Assembly: GCA_030390025.1 (NCBI GenBank)
Contig: JASTWF010000036.1
Location: 2,978,001 to 3,042,000 of the forward strand
DNA from: Squalus acanthias
Taxonomy: Eukaryota
Direction of reading: 5' to 3'
DNA length: 64,000 nucleotides
In this document: in pieces, positions 25,818 through 38,020 of the stretch
Layout of the letters: every line of letters begins with the position of its first letter
Position numbering within the stretch: position 1 is the first letter of the stretch
Notes under the pieces: generated by a model
What the model saw: the letters and a program-made list of their open reading frames with translations, nothing else
What the model was told of the DNA's origin: nothing
Databases searched by the model: none
Program-made: the position numbers and the translations under genes

Positions 25818-26781
25818 CATTGGCAGGATAGGCGCACCAACGTCAGTGTTCTTGCTCAGGCCAACATCCCCAGCATCGAAGCTTTGACCACGCTCGATCA
25901 GCTCCGATGGATGGGTCACGGTGGCATAGTGGTTAGCACTGGGTCACATTGTCCCGCATGCCGATACGAGACTCCAAAACAAGCGCTCTACTCGGAGCAA
26001 CACGGTGGCATAGTGGTTCGCACTGGTGCCTCACAGCGCAGAGGACCCGGGTTCGAATCTGACCTCGGGTGACTGTCTGTGTGGAGTTGCACATTCTCCC
26101 GTGTCTGCGTGGGTTTCCTCCGGTGCTCCGTTTCTCCCAATGTCCAAAAATGTGCGGGTTACGTTGAAATGGCTATGATAAATTGACCCTTAGGTGTTAG
26201 GGGGGGGATTAAATTTGTGGGGTTATGGGGGATAGGATGGGATATGTTAGGGGGAATTAAATACGTGGGGTACGGGGCCTCGGGTGGGATATGTGTACTG
26301 AGGGGATTAAAGCAGGGATCAGGGTTTGGATTTTGAATGATCAGCCATGATCATATTGAATGGTGGTGCAGGCTCGACGGGCCGAATGGCCTACTCCTGC
26401 TCCTAGATTCTATGTTTACTCGGAGCTCCGGCACGGCAAGAGAGCCCCGGGTGGGCAGAGGAAACGCTTCAAGGACACCCTCAAAGCCTCCTTGAAAAAG
26501 TGTAACATCCCCACCGACACCTGGGAATCCCTGGCCCAAGACCGCACAAAGTGGAGGAGAAGCATCCGGGAAGGCGCCGAACACCTCGAGTCTCTTCACC
26601 GGGAGCAAGCGCAAGGAGCGCACGTCAACCCAAGCACCCCACACACCCGCCCCTTCAACCACCCTCTGCCCCACCTGTGACAGAGACTGTAGGTCCCGCA
26701 TTGGACTCATCAGTCACCTGAGAACTCATTTTTAATGTGGAAGCAAGTCATCCTCGGTTCCGAGGGACTGCCGAAGAAGAG
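25818..26781 (+). mobile_element. RTE LINE 3' end
   Basis: HWQDRRTNVSVLAQANIPSIE..QLRW and YSELRHGKRAPGGQRKRFKDTLK. C-terminal zinc-finger-like CPTCDRDCRSRIGLISHLRTH and a GAAGAAGA tail. Confidence 0.9.
25999..26416 (+). mobile_element. HE1-type SINE fused to a CR1 3' UTR
   Basis: V-SINE head and body followed by GATCAGCCATGATCATATTGAATGG..CCTACTCCTGCTCC. Flanked by a TACTCGGAGC direct repeat. Confidence 0.8.
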
Positions 26782-28439
26782 ATTGGCCTTGGAGGGAATG
26801 TAGCGCAGATTCACCAGGATGATGCCGGGGCTTAGGGAGTTAAATTATGAGGACAGGTTGAATAAAGTTGGCTTGTATTTCCTTGAGTATAGAAGATTGA
26901 GGGGTGATCTGATCGAAGTGTTTAAAATGTTAAACGGATTTGATAGGGTAGATCAGGAGAAACTATTTCCTCTAGTGAGGAATCAAGAACAAGGGGACAT
27001 AACCTTAAAATTAGAGCTAGGTCATTCATGGGTCAAATTAGGAAGCACTTTTTCACACAAAGGGTAGGAGAAATGTGGAACTTTCTCCCTCAAAAGGCTG
27101 TGGATGTTAGGACAATTGGAGCTTTCAAGACTGCGATAAATAGATTTTTGTTAGATAAGCATACCAAGGTATATGGAGCAAAGGCAGGTAAATGGAGTTG
27201 AGGTATAAATCAGCCATGATCTAATTGAAGGCTCGAGGGGCTGAATGGCTTCCCTCTGTTCCGAATGTTTCTACTGATACCAGATTTTATTTCCAGGTGA
27301 CATTTTCAAATTCCCAAACTGCCATGGTGGAATTATTAATCCAAGGCCTCTGGATTACTAGTTCAGTAACATAACCACTGCACTATCGTATGCGGTCTTT
27401 TTATGCTGAGATATAGTCCCATGGGCGCTGGTTATCCTCCAGTACCTTGTACAAGTGGTGAGCCTTCACATGTGAGGTTTAAACAGCGAGTGTCAGTAGG
27501 CTATTTTTCTATGAGAGGCAGCATTGCATCTGATCCTGGTCTTTTTTCATGCACTGTCCACACATGACTTTCCTGCAAGGAAATCCTGGTCACTAGATAG
27601 TGATTGGGAGTGGGAACCCTGGTTGAACCCGCCATACCTTACAAAAAACCTGGGGACACCTCGACCAATTGTAGCTTACCCACCACCAAAAAAAAAATTC
27701 TATCATTTATCGTTCTTGAAAGTTGTCCTTTCTTCTGGATATTTACATATATTTAGACATGGAACACCCTGACCATGATGCTATGACATTATATCCAAGA
27801 ACTTGAATGGTAAGATGGACAGTGAAATACATCATGTGCACAAAAATTAAACATCTGCCAAGTTTTGAATGACATACAAAATCTTTTGGAGCTTTGAATA
27901 TCTGAAGGCTTTGTTGATAATCTTCAACGGTTAATAAGCTTATTTTTAGTCCAACCTCTAAGAGACATTTAGGTAAATTAGACAGATAACTAGTCAGAAA
28001 CACTGACAGACGGACCAGAAAATACAAACATCTGTAGAAAATTGGTTATAGACAATAATCTGGGGCAGGTAAGGGCATTATTATGGCAAAATTATATGCA
28101 AAGCAATATTGATAAATTTAAAAAGTGGAACTTGAATATATTTGCCTATATCACATGATTTTTGACTGTATATACACAATCATATTGATCTCAGCTACAG
28201 TCCAGTCTAGTTTTGAATGCACTTGTATCACAAATTTAAAATGCTCTATTTTGTAAGATCACATATAACTTTAGATCACAATTTCACCATCTTACACACA
28301 CACATGTTGTTTTGCTGTCTCAGGAAATGTTATTCTGAATAACTACTGTATAGCAGATACTTCTTATAAGTACAAAATAATAAAACTATCGAGATGCCCA
28401 TTAATGTAACTGGATGGCTGGGCGCACAGGCATGCATAG

Positions 28440-28808
28440 GTGTCAACTTGCCTCAGTGGCAGCACTCTCACCTCTGAGGCAGGAAGTTGTGGATAATCTT
28501 CAGTGCTGCATTGTAAGAAGTGTCATCTTTCAGATGAGACCTTAAACCGAGGCCCTTCCTGCCTGTTCAGGTGAAGATAAAAGATCTCGAGGTGTCCTGA
28601 CCAAAATTCACCCTTCAACCAACACTATCAAAACAGATTAACTGCGGATTCATCTCTATGCTGTTTGTGGGAGCTTGCTGTGCCCCCATTGGCTGCTGTG
28701 TTTGCCTACAAAACAACTGTGACTACACTTCAAAACGAATTCATTGGCTATGAAATATTTTGGGATGTCCTAAAGGTAAGAAAGGCACTGTATAAATTCA
28801 AGTCTTTT
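28440..28808 (+). mobile_element. Diverged SacSINE1/DeuSINE-type SINE
   Basis: Body and tail motifs shared with the other copies. Confidence 0.75.
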
Positions 28809-28888
28809 TTAAAGACACATACATATGGCTAGATAGATAGATAATCAAAAGGTTTATTTAAAAGCTTTTCTAAGATATCTTTGCTTAC

Positions 28889-30758
28889 CTCATTTTGAAA
28901 TGCTGGTGCAGATAATATGTCAACAATATCATTTGTTGGTTGGTCTTCTGTCATCATTTGCAAGAAAGATTCAGCACTAATACAGGATGAAGATGAAGGA
29001 GCAACAACATCATCTTCAGTCCCACTAGGGTATGTGGTGTTCTTCATTACAACCCTGTGGCTGTTATAATTTGGGGACGTAGTTTCAATAGGATTGATCA
29101 TTTGCCACTCATGAGTCGCAGCTGTTTGGTCATGAGAAATATTCACAGGTTGTTCTGGGCCATAAGAATTAAATGGGCAACTTTCATGGGTAAACCACCC
29201 ACAATTTTTCTGTTGATGGTTGGTGTCTGCGCCTTGTTGGCTCACTGGCCAGGTCACCTGCAAATTGCCAACTTTGTCTTTTGGAGGTCCCATCACTGCA
29301 GAGACCTGGTAGTATTTGACACTTTCCTGACATGCCATATTCCCCCCCGGTTTTGGCCACTGCGGCACATTACAACACCCCTGTCCCACGCTCTGGGTCT
29401 CTTCCGCACTCTGGGGCCACCACTGGATAGTTTGATTCTGCTGCTGTTGCTCATTTTCTCCTCCTTCTTGTATGCAATGTTGCAACTCTTGACGATTGCT
29501 TTGACATTGGTTCGCGTGACCCTGTTGCATCGAATCACAAGAGCAATGCTGCTGGTGGTTTGGTACACTACACATTTGCTGCTGCATGTTTACTCCTGGT
29601 TGACGTGCGTCATGCGACTGAAGGGACTGCATATGTTGTTCATATGGGATTTTACAGAGATGTTGCACATTGTGTTCGAAGAAATGCAAGTGCTGGAGGT
29701 TTTGGTCCTGTTGTTGCATATTGTGGTCCATTCTGTTTGCTTGCATTTGTAAATTACAAAAATGATCTGAAGCAATGCGCATTTGCTGCTGCATATTTTG
29801 GATAGACCCTTGCATGTTATTCTGTTGTTGCTGCATGCCCATTTCTTGCAACTGCAAATTACGTTGCCCAGTGTGCACTGCCTGTGGAAGCTGCTGCCTG
29901 CTTTGGTCTGGTTGATTACTGCCACATATTTGGTGCCCACTGCCATGCCCCTCATTGTCCACGTACACCTGTGAACTGAGCAGAGATTTTTGAATTGGGT
30001 CAACTTGCTGGAACGCTGTTTGATGCTGTTGTATCTGACTGCATCTTGGTTGTTGATACTGCTGACCATGCACTAGATATTTACTTGCATTAGTAGCAGC
30101 ACTTGCCTGTTCCTCTACAGATTCTAATCCATCGCTACTCTTTATCAAAGAGTCATGAACATAAGATAAAATTTCATGGTTTGTTAAAAAGTCGCTCAGA
30201 GAAGGAGCATAATTAGGGTCTATTTTAACTTGCATGAGCCTCTCATCAAGTAGGAGCAGTTCTAGATCTTCCATCTCAACACCTAGGTCCTGTAGTGTGC
30301 TTTGTATCTCAACATTGACTTGGTTGTGTTGGCTGTTCTCAGAGAGGTTTTCCAAAGTAGCTAAGAGACCATCATCTTGGTAGCACGACTTTTGTTCTCC
30401 AAGAGATACTGGATCAATGCCTTCCATTCTAATCTTAACTTCATTTTTACCAATTTCATTAAAGAAACCAGCATTGAAGGAGCATTTAGGTTCTGTAGCT
30501 GGGTGGCTGACATACACAGATTCATCCTGCTTCATCATGGCTCCTAGCAAGGAATTGGGGTCAATGCTCTCGCTCTTCTCCCTGTGTTTAAACTTTCCGG
30601 TGCTCTTCTTGGCTTTTCCACCCTTTCGTTTCACCTGGTGAAGATCTGGAAGTCCTGGAACAAAGGTTCCAGCCTCATAAAGAACAGCTTCTCCAGTAGA
30701 GTATGTAAATGGAAGGTGCAAGGAACGTTTGCTGAGGTACTCTTCCCCTTCATCATCC
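28889..30758 (-). CDS. AHR: AHR exon 10 (end of PAS-B flank plus acidic/Q-rich transactivation domain), 1870 nt
   Basis: AG acceptor, then DDEGEEYLSKRSLHLPFTYSTGEAVLYE, DPNSLLGAMMKQDES and EILSYVHDSL. Donor GAG|GTAAGC. Confidence 0.93.
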
Positions 30759-30845
30759 CTATCAATTAATTAAGAAATTACTTTTTTCACATTTTCTGTA
30801 AGCGTGAAACAATTTCCAATGTAAAAAGACTGCTTTAAAGATATT

Positions 30846-31032
30846 GGGGTACAAACCCATCTTGGGCAGTAATGCAAAATGGGCGGAATTGCAAGGGCCG
30901 CCTGTTATACGACCCACCCGATACTCAGTTCCATTAAAGTGAACGGAACTGAATAGCAGGCGGGATGTATAAGGGGCGGCCGATGTGATATCGCCCGTTT
31001 TAGGCCACCGCCGGAGATGAATTTTTAACCCC
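30846..31032. mobile_element. Fully palindromic MITE
   Basis: GGGGT..ATCT / AGAT..ACCCC ends. Arms pair imperfectly along the whole length around CAGTTCCATT-AAAGTG-AACGGAACTG. Confidence 0.82.
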
Positions 31033-32221
31033 TTAGCTTCTCTTTATTCAAACCATATTGGTATGCAAGATTAAAACCTTAACTATGTGTACCTTTAGTC
31101 ATACTGCCCCACATCCCCTTTTTCTTTTTCCTTTTTCAATTCCACTTGCTTTTTAAAAGATATTATGGAGTCTGCTTCCCCCCACTATTTCTGGTAGGGC
31201 ATTCCATTTCCTAGCAACCCTCTGCATCAGAAAACATTCTCCTAACCTTTCCCTAGTAAGCAACATGAAGGGCAGTAACATTTAGGAGGAATGGCTATTA
31301 CAGTGATGTGTTTAGATACAATAATATTGTATCATGAACTCCTGAATGTAGACAACACTTCTCTTCCACTCCCCGCTTACACCTCACCCTTCCCACCACA
31401 CACACCCATCCCCACTTACACCTCATCCCTCCCTGCCACTCTCACACAGAGTCATATGATTCAAAATGACAGTGGCAACAATTCCACAAGATGCACTGTT
31501 GAGTACAACATGCCCTTTATATTCCTGGAATCCAAGTTCAAATACTTTCCAAACAACATTCCCATTTATGGAGCTACCTTGTGAAGCCTTGCACATCCTC
31601 ACTCTCAGCAACGAAACATTGAAGAGGATGTGATGGGATAACACAAGTGAAGAGGATCCCACGGCACTGCATCCACTTCCCAGCATTAATGTCATTGTGA
31701 CTCATCTATTTTCAGGCTGATTCCTAGCATTCTTTCTCCCTTTCCTTAGTGCTAATCAGTGCCAAATTAGTGGCAGTTTTGTGGAGTTGTAGCAAAAAGC
31801 AGGGTTATAAGCAAACTAATTTCACTTGGAACCCTGCACTGGACAACAAGGAGATTTTTGTGTAGTCAGTCTGGTCTGGATTTAAACCAAAGTCTCACGG
31901 GTGAAATGATAGTATTCTAACCCACTCTCTCCCTACCATGTAGATTCTTATCTATCACCATGGTCAACCTTTTGCACTTTGTGTAATAATCTTCTGCTGT
32001 AATTGCTGAGTTTTGCCAACAGGTTGACTGCAATGCAGGTAAATAAGTTGAGATTACATCACATGTTCAGGTAACGCAAGGTTATTTGTTGCAGCATGTT
32101 AACCAGGATTTTCATCATGTTCAATATATCACACACCATATTTGTTTCAAGTGACAACAGTATCATTCAGCGATAGATTCCGAGATAAATCACTCCTAGT
32201 TGAAAAATACAATCTACTCAC

Positions 32222-32363
32222 ATCAGAGGTCTTTGTGTTGCTATAATGTAATCAGGCCTTCCATTCTTGTAGACCAGACGAGCATTGGCCTGAACCCAAG
32301 TCCATCGTTTTTCCTTTGTTAGGAGCCGAAAGACAGTTAGCCCACTTTCTCCCGTTTTCACCA
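32222..32363 (-). CDS. AHR: AHR exon 9 (PAS-B), 142 nt
   Basis: [46 protein letters not shown] with AG and GTGAGT boundaries. Confidence 0.96.
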
Positions 32364-33372
32364 CTATAAACACATAATAGTAGTAATTTTTCTGAATATA
32401 TATCCTCTTTTCATCATTGTCCCTCCAGAATTACCACATGATGACTTGACTCCATGCAGTCGCTTATAGGTGGTGACAACCATTTATTTTTATGATGACC
32501 ACCAATGGTGGTGCAGCCTACATTAAGAAAGTGGACTATTCCCCCATTGACTATGGCTCTACTTGGGATGTTTTGAAGTGGAACAACATGGATTTTTATT
32601 TATTTTCAGGTGAATGCTGTGCTCAATAAAGTGGGAAATGGAATATTTTCCACCTTTTGCACAGTGTCATTAGCAAGATTTCCTAAGTTAGCCAAAGTCT
32701 ATTCTGACATTATGTGGAGCTCCTTCTATTCTGCCTTAAAAATGGATCCCACCTCCAAGCTCAGAAACACACCCCTGATGCAACTGATAATGATAGAATC
32801 ATAGAATAGTACAGCACAGAAGGAGGCCATTTGGGCCATCGAGTGCGGTCCTCCTAATGGCCTCTCTGAATGAAAAGTCCAATTAGTGTCAAATTATAAG
32901 GCATCTTGGGCCAAATGAGAAATTGGGTCCTCTAACTGTACTGAATGGGTGAAAATTCCACCTTTATTTACCGGAACCAACTGCAACAGTAAATATTTTG
33001 ATTGCTTATGACAAAAATGAAGCATTTTTGTATATGGTGTATTATTTTATTTTCCTTTTTCTCTCTTGTTAAGGTACCTTTAGGTTAAACTCAGGTTCAG
33101 TTAGAATGCCTCCTATCTGATACACATTTGTGCAAGAATGGAGACACGGCCTCTATATGTTACTACCATGAAACAAAAGGGGGTTTAATATGCTAATATC
33201 TGTTGAGCGCAGTGCCATCCTATCCAGTGAGATCGCTAGTAGATGTGAATATCCTACAATCACAGGGCTTGAGCTTCAAGAGATGCCAGAGATTACCCCA
33301 ACTAGCAAACATTTTTTGTATTCAACATCCTATGGATGTTTGTTTAGCAGCTCTCTCTAACCTGGAGAGATA

Positions 33373-33700
33373 GGCCTAGAAATTGGAGGGTTTAGCGCTG
33401 GCCGTTAAGGCCCATTTTTCTGAAAGAAAATGGCGACCGCCTCACTTCCGCCCGCTTCTAGCGGGTCCCGCAGCGGCCACCATTTTCGGCAGGTTGGCAG
33501 CGCTGCCATTGCCTGCGCTCACCGCAAGTATTTTAATTACCAGGAGCGTGACGTCAGTCGGCGTGCAACAGTGAATTGACGCACGTTCATCGATTTTGGA
33601 CCTCGCCGCTCCTCTTACCGCCCTCTACAAAGCACACCCGTGCGGCAACTGTTGACAGCGTGTCGAGCCGGGAGAATGCGGCAGTGAGCTATAAACCGTT
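33373..33700. mobile_element. Left arm of a CpG-rich TIR element
   Basis: Starts GGCCTAGAAATT like the other TIR elements. Internal GAAAATGG../CCATTTTC repeats. No right TIR found. Confidence 0.6.
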
Positions 33701-34288
33701 CAGTAAACAGTTGCTGAGATAACTGGGAACTATGGGGAGCTCAGACTATGTAATTGGAGTGAAAACTGCTTCCAATGAGATGCATCAACTCTCCCCCCTG
33801 GTCAGTCCAACATTACAGGAGGTAAATACATTTAAAATAAACTATACTGTACTACAGTTGTAAGAATCATGGGGAAAAAAATCAAAGCTGCATTTCTTTA
33901 AATTTTATACATTGGGTTTTCTAGTTTAGGAACTGATAACATAATATGCAAAGTTTGGAAGTCTGTTTTTAAAAGGCTTAACACCATATTCTTACCAAGA
34001 GGTCTTCATAAGTCTGCTGTTAAAAAAATTAATTGAACTCTCCTGTTCAACCCCAGGGCTTGTTGCATTCACATGGGTATTGGTTAGGTAAAGGTGCACA
34101 CCGGGTCATAGGGAGAAAGTGCTCACTTACTGGGGTGATCTATGCCACTGAACCCAAGAAAATATTTTGAATTAAAAACCCAAAACTTAACACTGCTCCT
34201 CTGTCATTCAAAATTGACCGTGTACGATGCGTTGATATTAAAACGTATCAGTTAATGATCTAAGGAGAGACTGGTTCTCATTACTTAC

Positions 34289-34398
34289 TTCTCACGTGAT
34301 TTTCAGCACAATATAACATGTCCGCAGCATGAATGAACTGGTATCCTGTCCCTTGCATACACAGCTCAGCCTCCGAATAACCAAGGATAACCTTGCCC
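34289..34398 (-). CDS. AHR: AHR exon 8 (PAS-B), 110 nt
   Basis: [36 protein letters not shown] with AG and GTAAGT boundaries. Confidence 0.96.
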
Positions 34399-34913
34399 CT
34401 GTCAAAAGCAAACAATCACAAATAGGATTTCTGGTTAGGGTCAAATGGCTAAATGGAAAAGAAGTCCTGATCCAAACTCCAATTGAAATCAGTTTAGCCG
34501 ATCAACTAGTTTTTACTGGTCCTGACTGGAAATCTGAGCGGACAAGGGGATTACAAAACATTTCAACCGTGAGTATCGAATGCCACTTAATGATCTCAGC
34601 TGAGCTTCAGGCACAGAACGAGGCCTCACTGAATTGGTCAAAAGCCAATAAAATACCATTCCAACAGCCGAACGCTTCTTCAGTTTGCAGCTGAATCTGT
34701 AGGTTTACTATCATCTTCCCAACACTCCCCTCCCTACTTTCAAGTCATAAAAGAGTGACAGCAGTATTTTTCACCAACATACATTAGGTGCGACCAACCT
34801 TTCAGAGCAGTGAGCCAGATTCATGTGCCATTGCAAGTGAGTGGGCATGACAGCTTGGATTGAGGACTGATTTGGCCCTAGAATGGGCACAGCATGAAAC
34901 TGAGGACACTATT

Positions 34914-35482
34914 GGGTCAATTTTAACCCACAGTGGATTTCGGGTGGGCAGAGAGCAAGGCAAGCGTGAAATGCACTCGCTGGCCTAAGTTACAGGCCCT
35001 GGGTACTTTAACTCCAGAGCCTCATTTAAATACCGTCAGACAACTTCCCACAGGCCGAAAGTGGGTACAAAGCGACTGCTGGCAGGTGAAAATTAGGCCG
35101 TTTCCCAGGCAAGTGGCAAAGAGGGGGCTTTGACAGGGTCTCGTGGGATGGAAGGTGGGAGCCCGGGGCAGGAGAGGCCCTGACTTTCCTTGTGGGGCCC
35201 AGATGAGCACTCCTGGCCGCACAAAGGCAATGTTTTCAGTTACCCAGAGGGCCTCTTCATCCTTCCCACCTCGGTTTCCCCACTCAGGCCCTGGTTACAA
35301 TATCGTCGGGGTCCTATTGACATAATGAGGCTCCCGCCCGAGTCCAGTGGGCACCTCATCCCCCCGCTAAAACCAACGGTGCTAAAATTGGAATTCGGAG
35401 GGAACGGTGCTGGAAACGGAGCCACTCCATTTTAACTGCTCCCCTGCTCTGTTCCCAATAAGGGGGAAAAGTTAAAATGTCC
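34914..35482. mobile_element. MITE-like TIR element
   Basis: GGGTCAATTTTAAC ... GTTAAAATGTCC degenerate TIR around a GC-rich interior. Confidence 0.6.
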
Positions 35483-36530
35483 TGCCTATGTTTTACTACA
35501 ATCATCTTCAAGTCAATGTTCTCAGCTTGTTTCAAGGAAGCAAGGCAAAGACTGTATGGTGGTGTAGTTAGAAGTGTAGGAGAAGGGTCCATGTTCAAGA
35601 TTAATATCGGCCAATTGACCTAGCAAATAATGGAATAGTGAAATCACCAAAATTGGTTCGCTTTTGTAGTATTTGATTTTTCTATTTATTAAATCAAGAA
35701 GAGTTATTTTGATTTTTGTGGCTATGTTTTATTTGGAGATTTTACGCAATCAAGTTCATTCTCTTTGGTGCAGAGGCGGTTTTAAAAGAAATAAAACCAA
35801 TAAAAAAATATTTTTGCATGTTTTGTAGTGCATTATGTTTTATGAGACATCCAATCACCAGGTTCATTTTTACAACTACAATTTATAAAATCACCAAAAT
35901 GAATTAAACTTGTTTGTTTAATGGTAAATACAAATACAGACACACTGGCATATCTCCCATGGTATTGCTGACATGTAGACTGGGGTCTGGAGCGTGGTTG
36001 TGGTGGTTCGTTGCTAATCTGGTGTGTCCCTTTAAGGCCACTGTTCAAATCCTCGCTGTCGGGACACTGGTGAATCCAACAATTGTCACGCCTTCTAAAT
36101 TTTGGACTCTAGGTCACAAGAACCAATTATGAAATGACTGGCTTTCTCTTCTTTCACATAGTTTTGCATCTGTACAAAAGGTGACACTTTGAAGTGTGAC
36201 GTCTGGATTGCGATGGTAATTCGAGTGATGATTTGTTTACAAGGACAGGAGTGTTATACCAGGTAATGTACAATATATTGTTCTGCTGCTAAAGTGGAGC
36301 TGTGATCCTTTTAAGGCCAAAAGTCTTATTATTGTTTGGTCAACACAGGCTCAGGGCAATAAGAGTTTCACTGTTGTTGGGTCAAGGAACATTGCATATT
36401 GAAAATATATTATCAATATCAAGGCTGAATTACTGCAATGACTGAGGAGAGAGCAGGAGAGAGAGCGCACCAGCTGGGCCCAGGAGAGACAACAGCAGCA
36501 TCGGCAGCTCCCAAGAGAGAAAAAAAAGAC

Positions 36531-36976
36531 AGACTTGCATTTATATAGCGCCTTTAGCGACCACCGGACGTCCCAAAGCGCGTTACAGCCAATGAAGTAC
36601 TTTTTGAAGTGGAGTCACTGTTGTAATGTAGAAAATGCGGCAGCCAATTTGCGCACAGCAAGCTCCCACAAACAGCAATGTGATAATGACCAGATAATCT
36701 GTTTTTTTAGTGACGTTGATTGAGGGATAAATATTGGCCAGGACACCAGAGAGAACTCCCCTGCCATGGGATCTTTTACATTCACCTGACAGAGCAGACG
36801 AGGCCTCAGTTTAACATCTTATCCGAAAAACAGCACCTCCGACAGTGCAGCACTCCCTCAGTACTGCACTGGAGTGTCAGCCTAGATTTTTGTGCTCAAG
36901 TCTCTGGAGTGGGACTTGAACCCACAACCTTCTGACTCAGAGGCGAGTGTGCTACCCACTGAGCCACAGCTGACAC
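36531..36976 (-). mobile_element. Full-length SacSINE1/DeuSINE-type SINE
   Basis: Complete head, body and tail. Confidence 0.9.
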
Positions 36977-37143
36977 TCCAAATAAAAAGAGAGCAATGGC
37001 AGGGTTGGGGAGAGAATACAGCATTGGCAAGGCCCGGGAGAGACCAATAGCAGCAGCTGGATCCAGGAGAGAGCAGGAATGGCAAGACCATGCAGAGAGA
37101 GCAGTAAGGCCACCATGGAGAGAGTGCAGTAGCAGGATGGGGT

Positions 37144-37261
37144 GGGGAAAGAGAGAAGGGGGGAAAGAGAGGGGGGGGGGGGAAGAGAGAAGGGGGGAAA
37201 GAGAGAAGGGGGGAAAGAGAGAAGGGGGGGAAGAGAGAAGGGGGGAAAGAGAGAGGGGGGA

Positions 37262-37301
<40 letters not shown>

Positions 37302-38020
37302 AAGGGAAGAGAGAGAGGGGGGAAGGGAAGAGGGGGAAGGGAAGAGAGAGAGGGGGGAAGAGAAGAGAGGGAGGGAAGAGAGAGGGGGGGAAGAGAGAGA
37401 GAGAGAGAGGGGGGAAGGGAAGAGAGAGGGGGGGGAAGGGAAGAGAGGGGGGGAAGGGAAGAGAGAGGGGGGGAAGAGAGAGGGGGGGGAAGAGAGAGGG
37501 GGGGGGAAGAGAGAGGGGGGGGAAGAGAGAGGGGGGGGGAAGAGAGAGGGGGGGAAGAGAGAGGGGGGAAGAGAGAGGGGGGGAAGAGAGGGGGGGGAAG
37601 AGAGGGGGGGAAGAGAGGGGGGGAAGAGAGGGGGGGAAGAGAGGGGGGGAAGAGAGGGGGGGGAGAGAGGGGGGGGAGAGAGGGGGGGGGGAGAGAGAGG
37701 GGGGGAGAGAGAGGGGGGGGAAGAGAGAGGGGGGGGAGAGAGAGGGGGGGGGAGAGAGAGGGGGGGGAAGAGAGAGGGGGGGGGAAGAGAGAGGGGGGGA
37801 AAGAGAGAGGGGGGGAAAGAGAGAGGGGGGGAAAGAGAGAGGGGGGGGGAAGAGAGGGGGGGGGGGGAAGAGAGGGGGGGGGAAGAGAGGGGGGGGAAGA
37901 GAGAGGAGGGGGGGAAGAGAGGAGGGGGGGAAGAGAGGAGGGGGGGAAGAGGAGGGGAAGAGAGAGAGAGGGGGGAGAGGGAAAGAGAGAGAGAGGGGGA
38001 AAGAGAGAAAGAAAGAAAGA
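37144..38020. repeat. Homopurine (G/A-only) low-complexity tract
   Basis: No C or T seen by eye across 877 nt. Units resemble G5-8AAGAGA(GA). Abuts the tail of the SINE at 38021. Confidence 0.95.

Larger units (their letters stand above)
25200..27270 (+). mobile_element. Old CR1 RT/3' region, split by an RTE
   Basis: GVPxGSVLGP and KFADD-coding remnants. Breaks at GGATATA and resumes at ATTGGCCTTGGAGG (26782). CR1 3' UTR at 27210-27270. Confidence 0.85.
24897..27390 (-). mobile_element. tRNA-headed SINE (same family as 56435-56839) hosting nested CR1, RTE and HE1 insertions
   Basis: 3' part at 24897-25200 (AAAAACCCAACTGGTTCACTAATG on minus) and head at about 27280-27390. Confidence 0.7.

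Noticed and set aside
29057..30069. Antisense and alternate-frame ORFs over exon 10
   Set aside because: Shadow frames of CAG/CAA-rich coding sequence with no independent signals.
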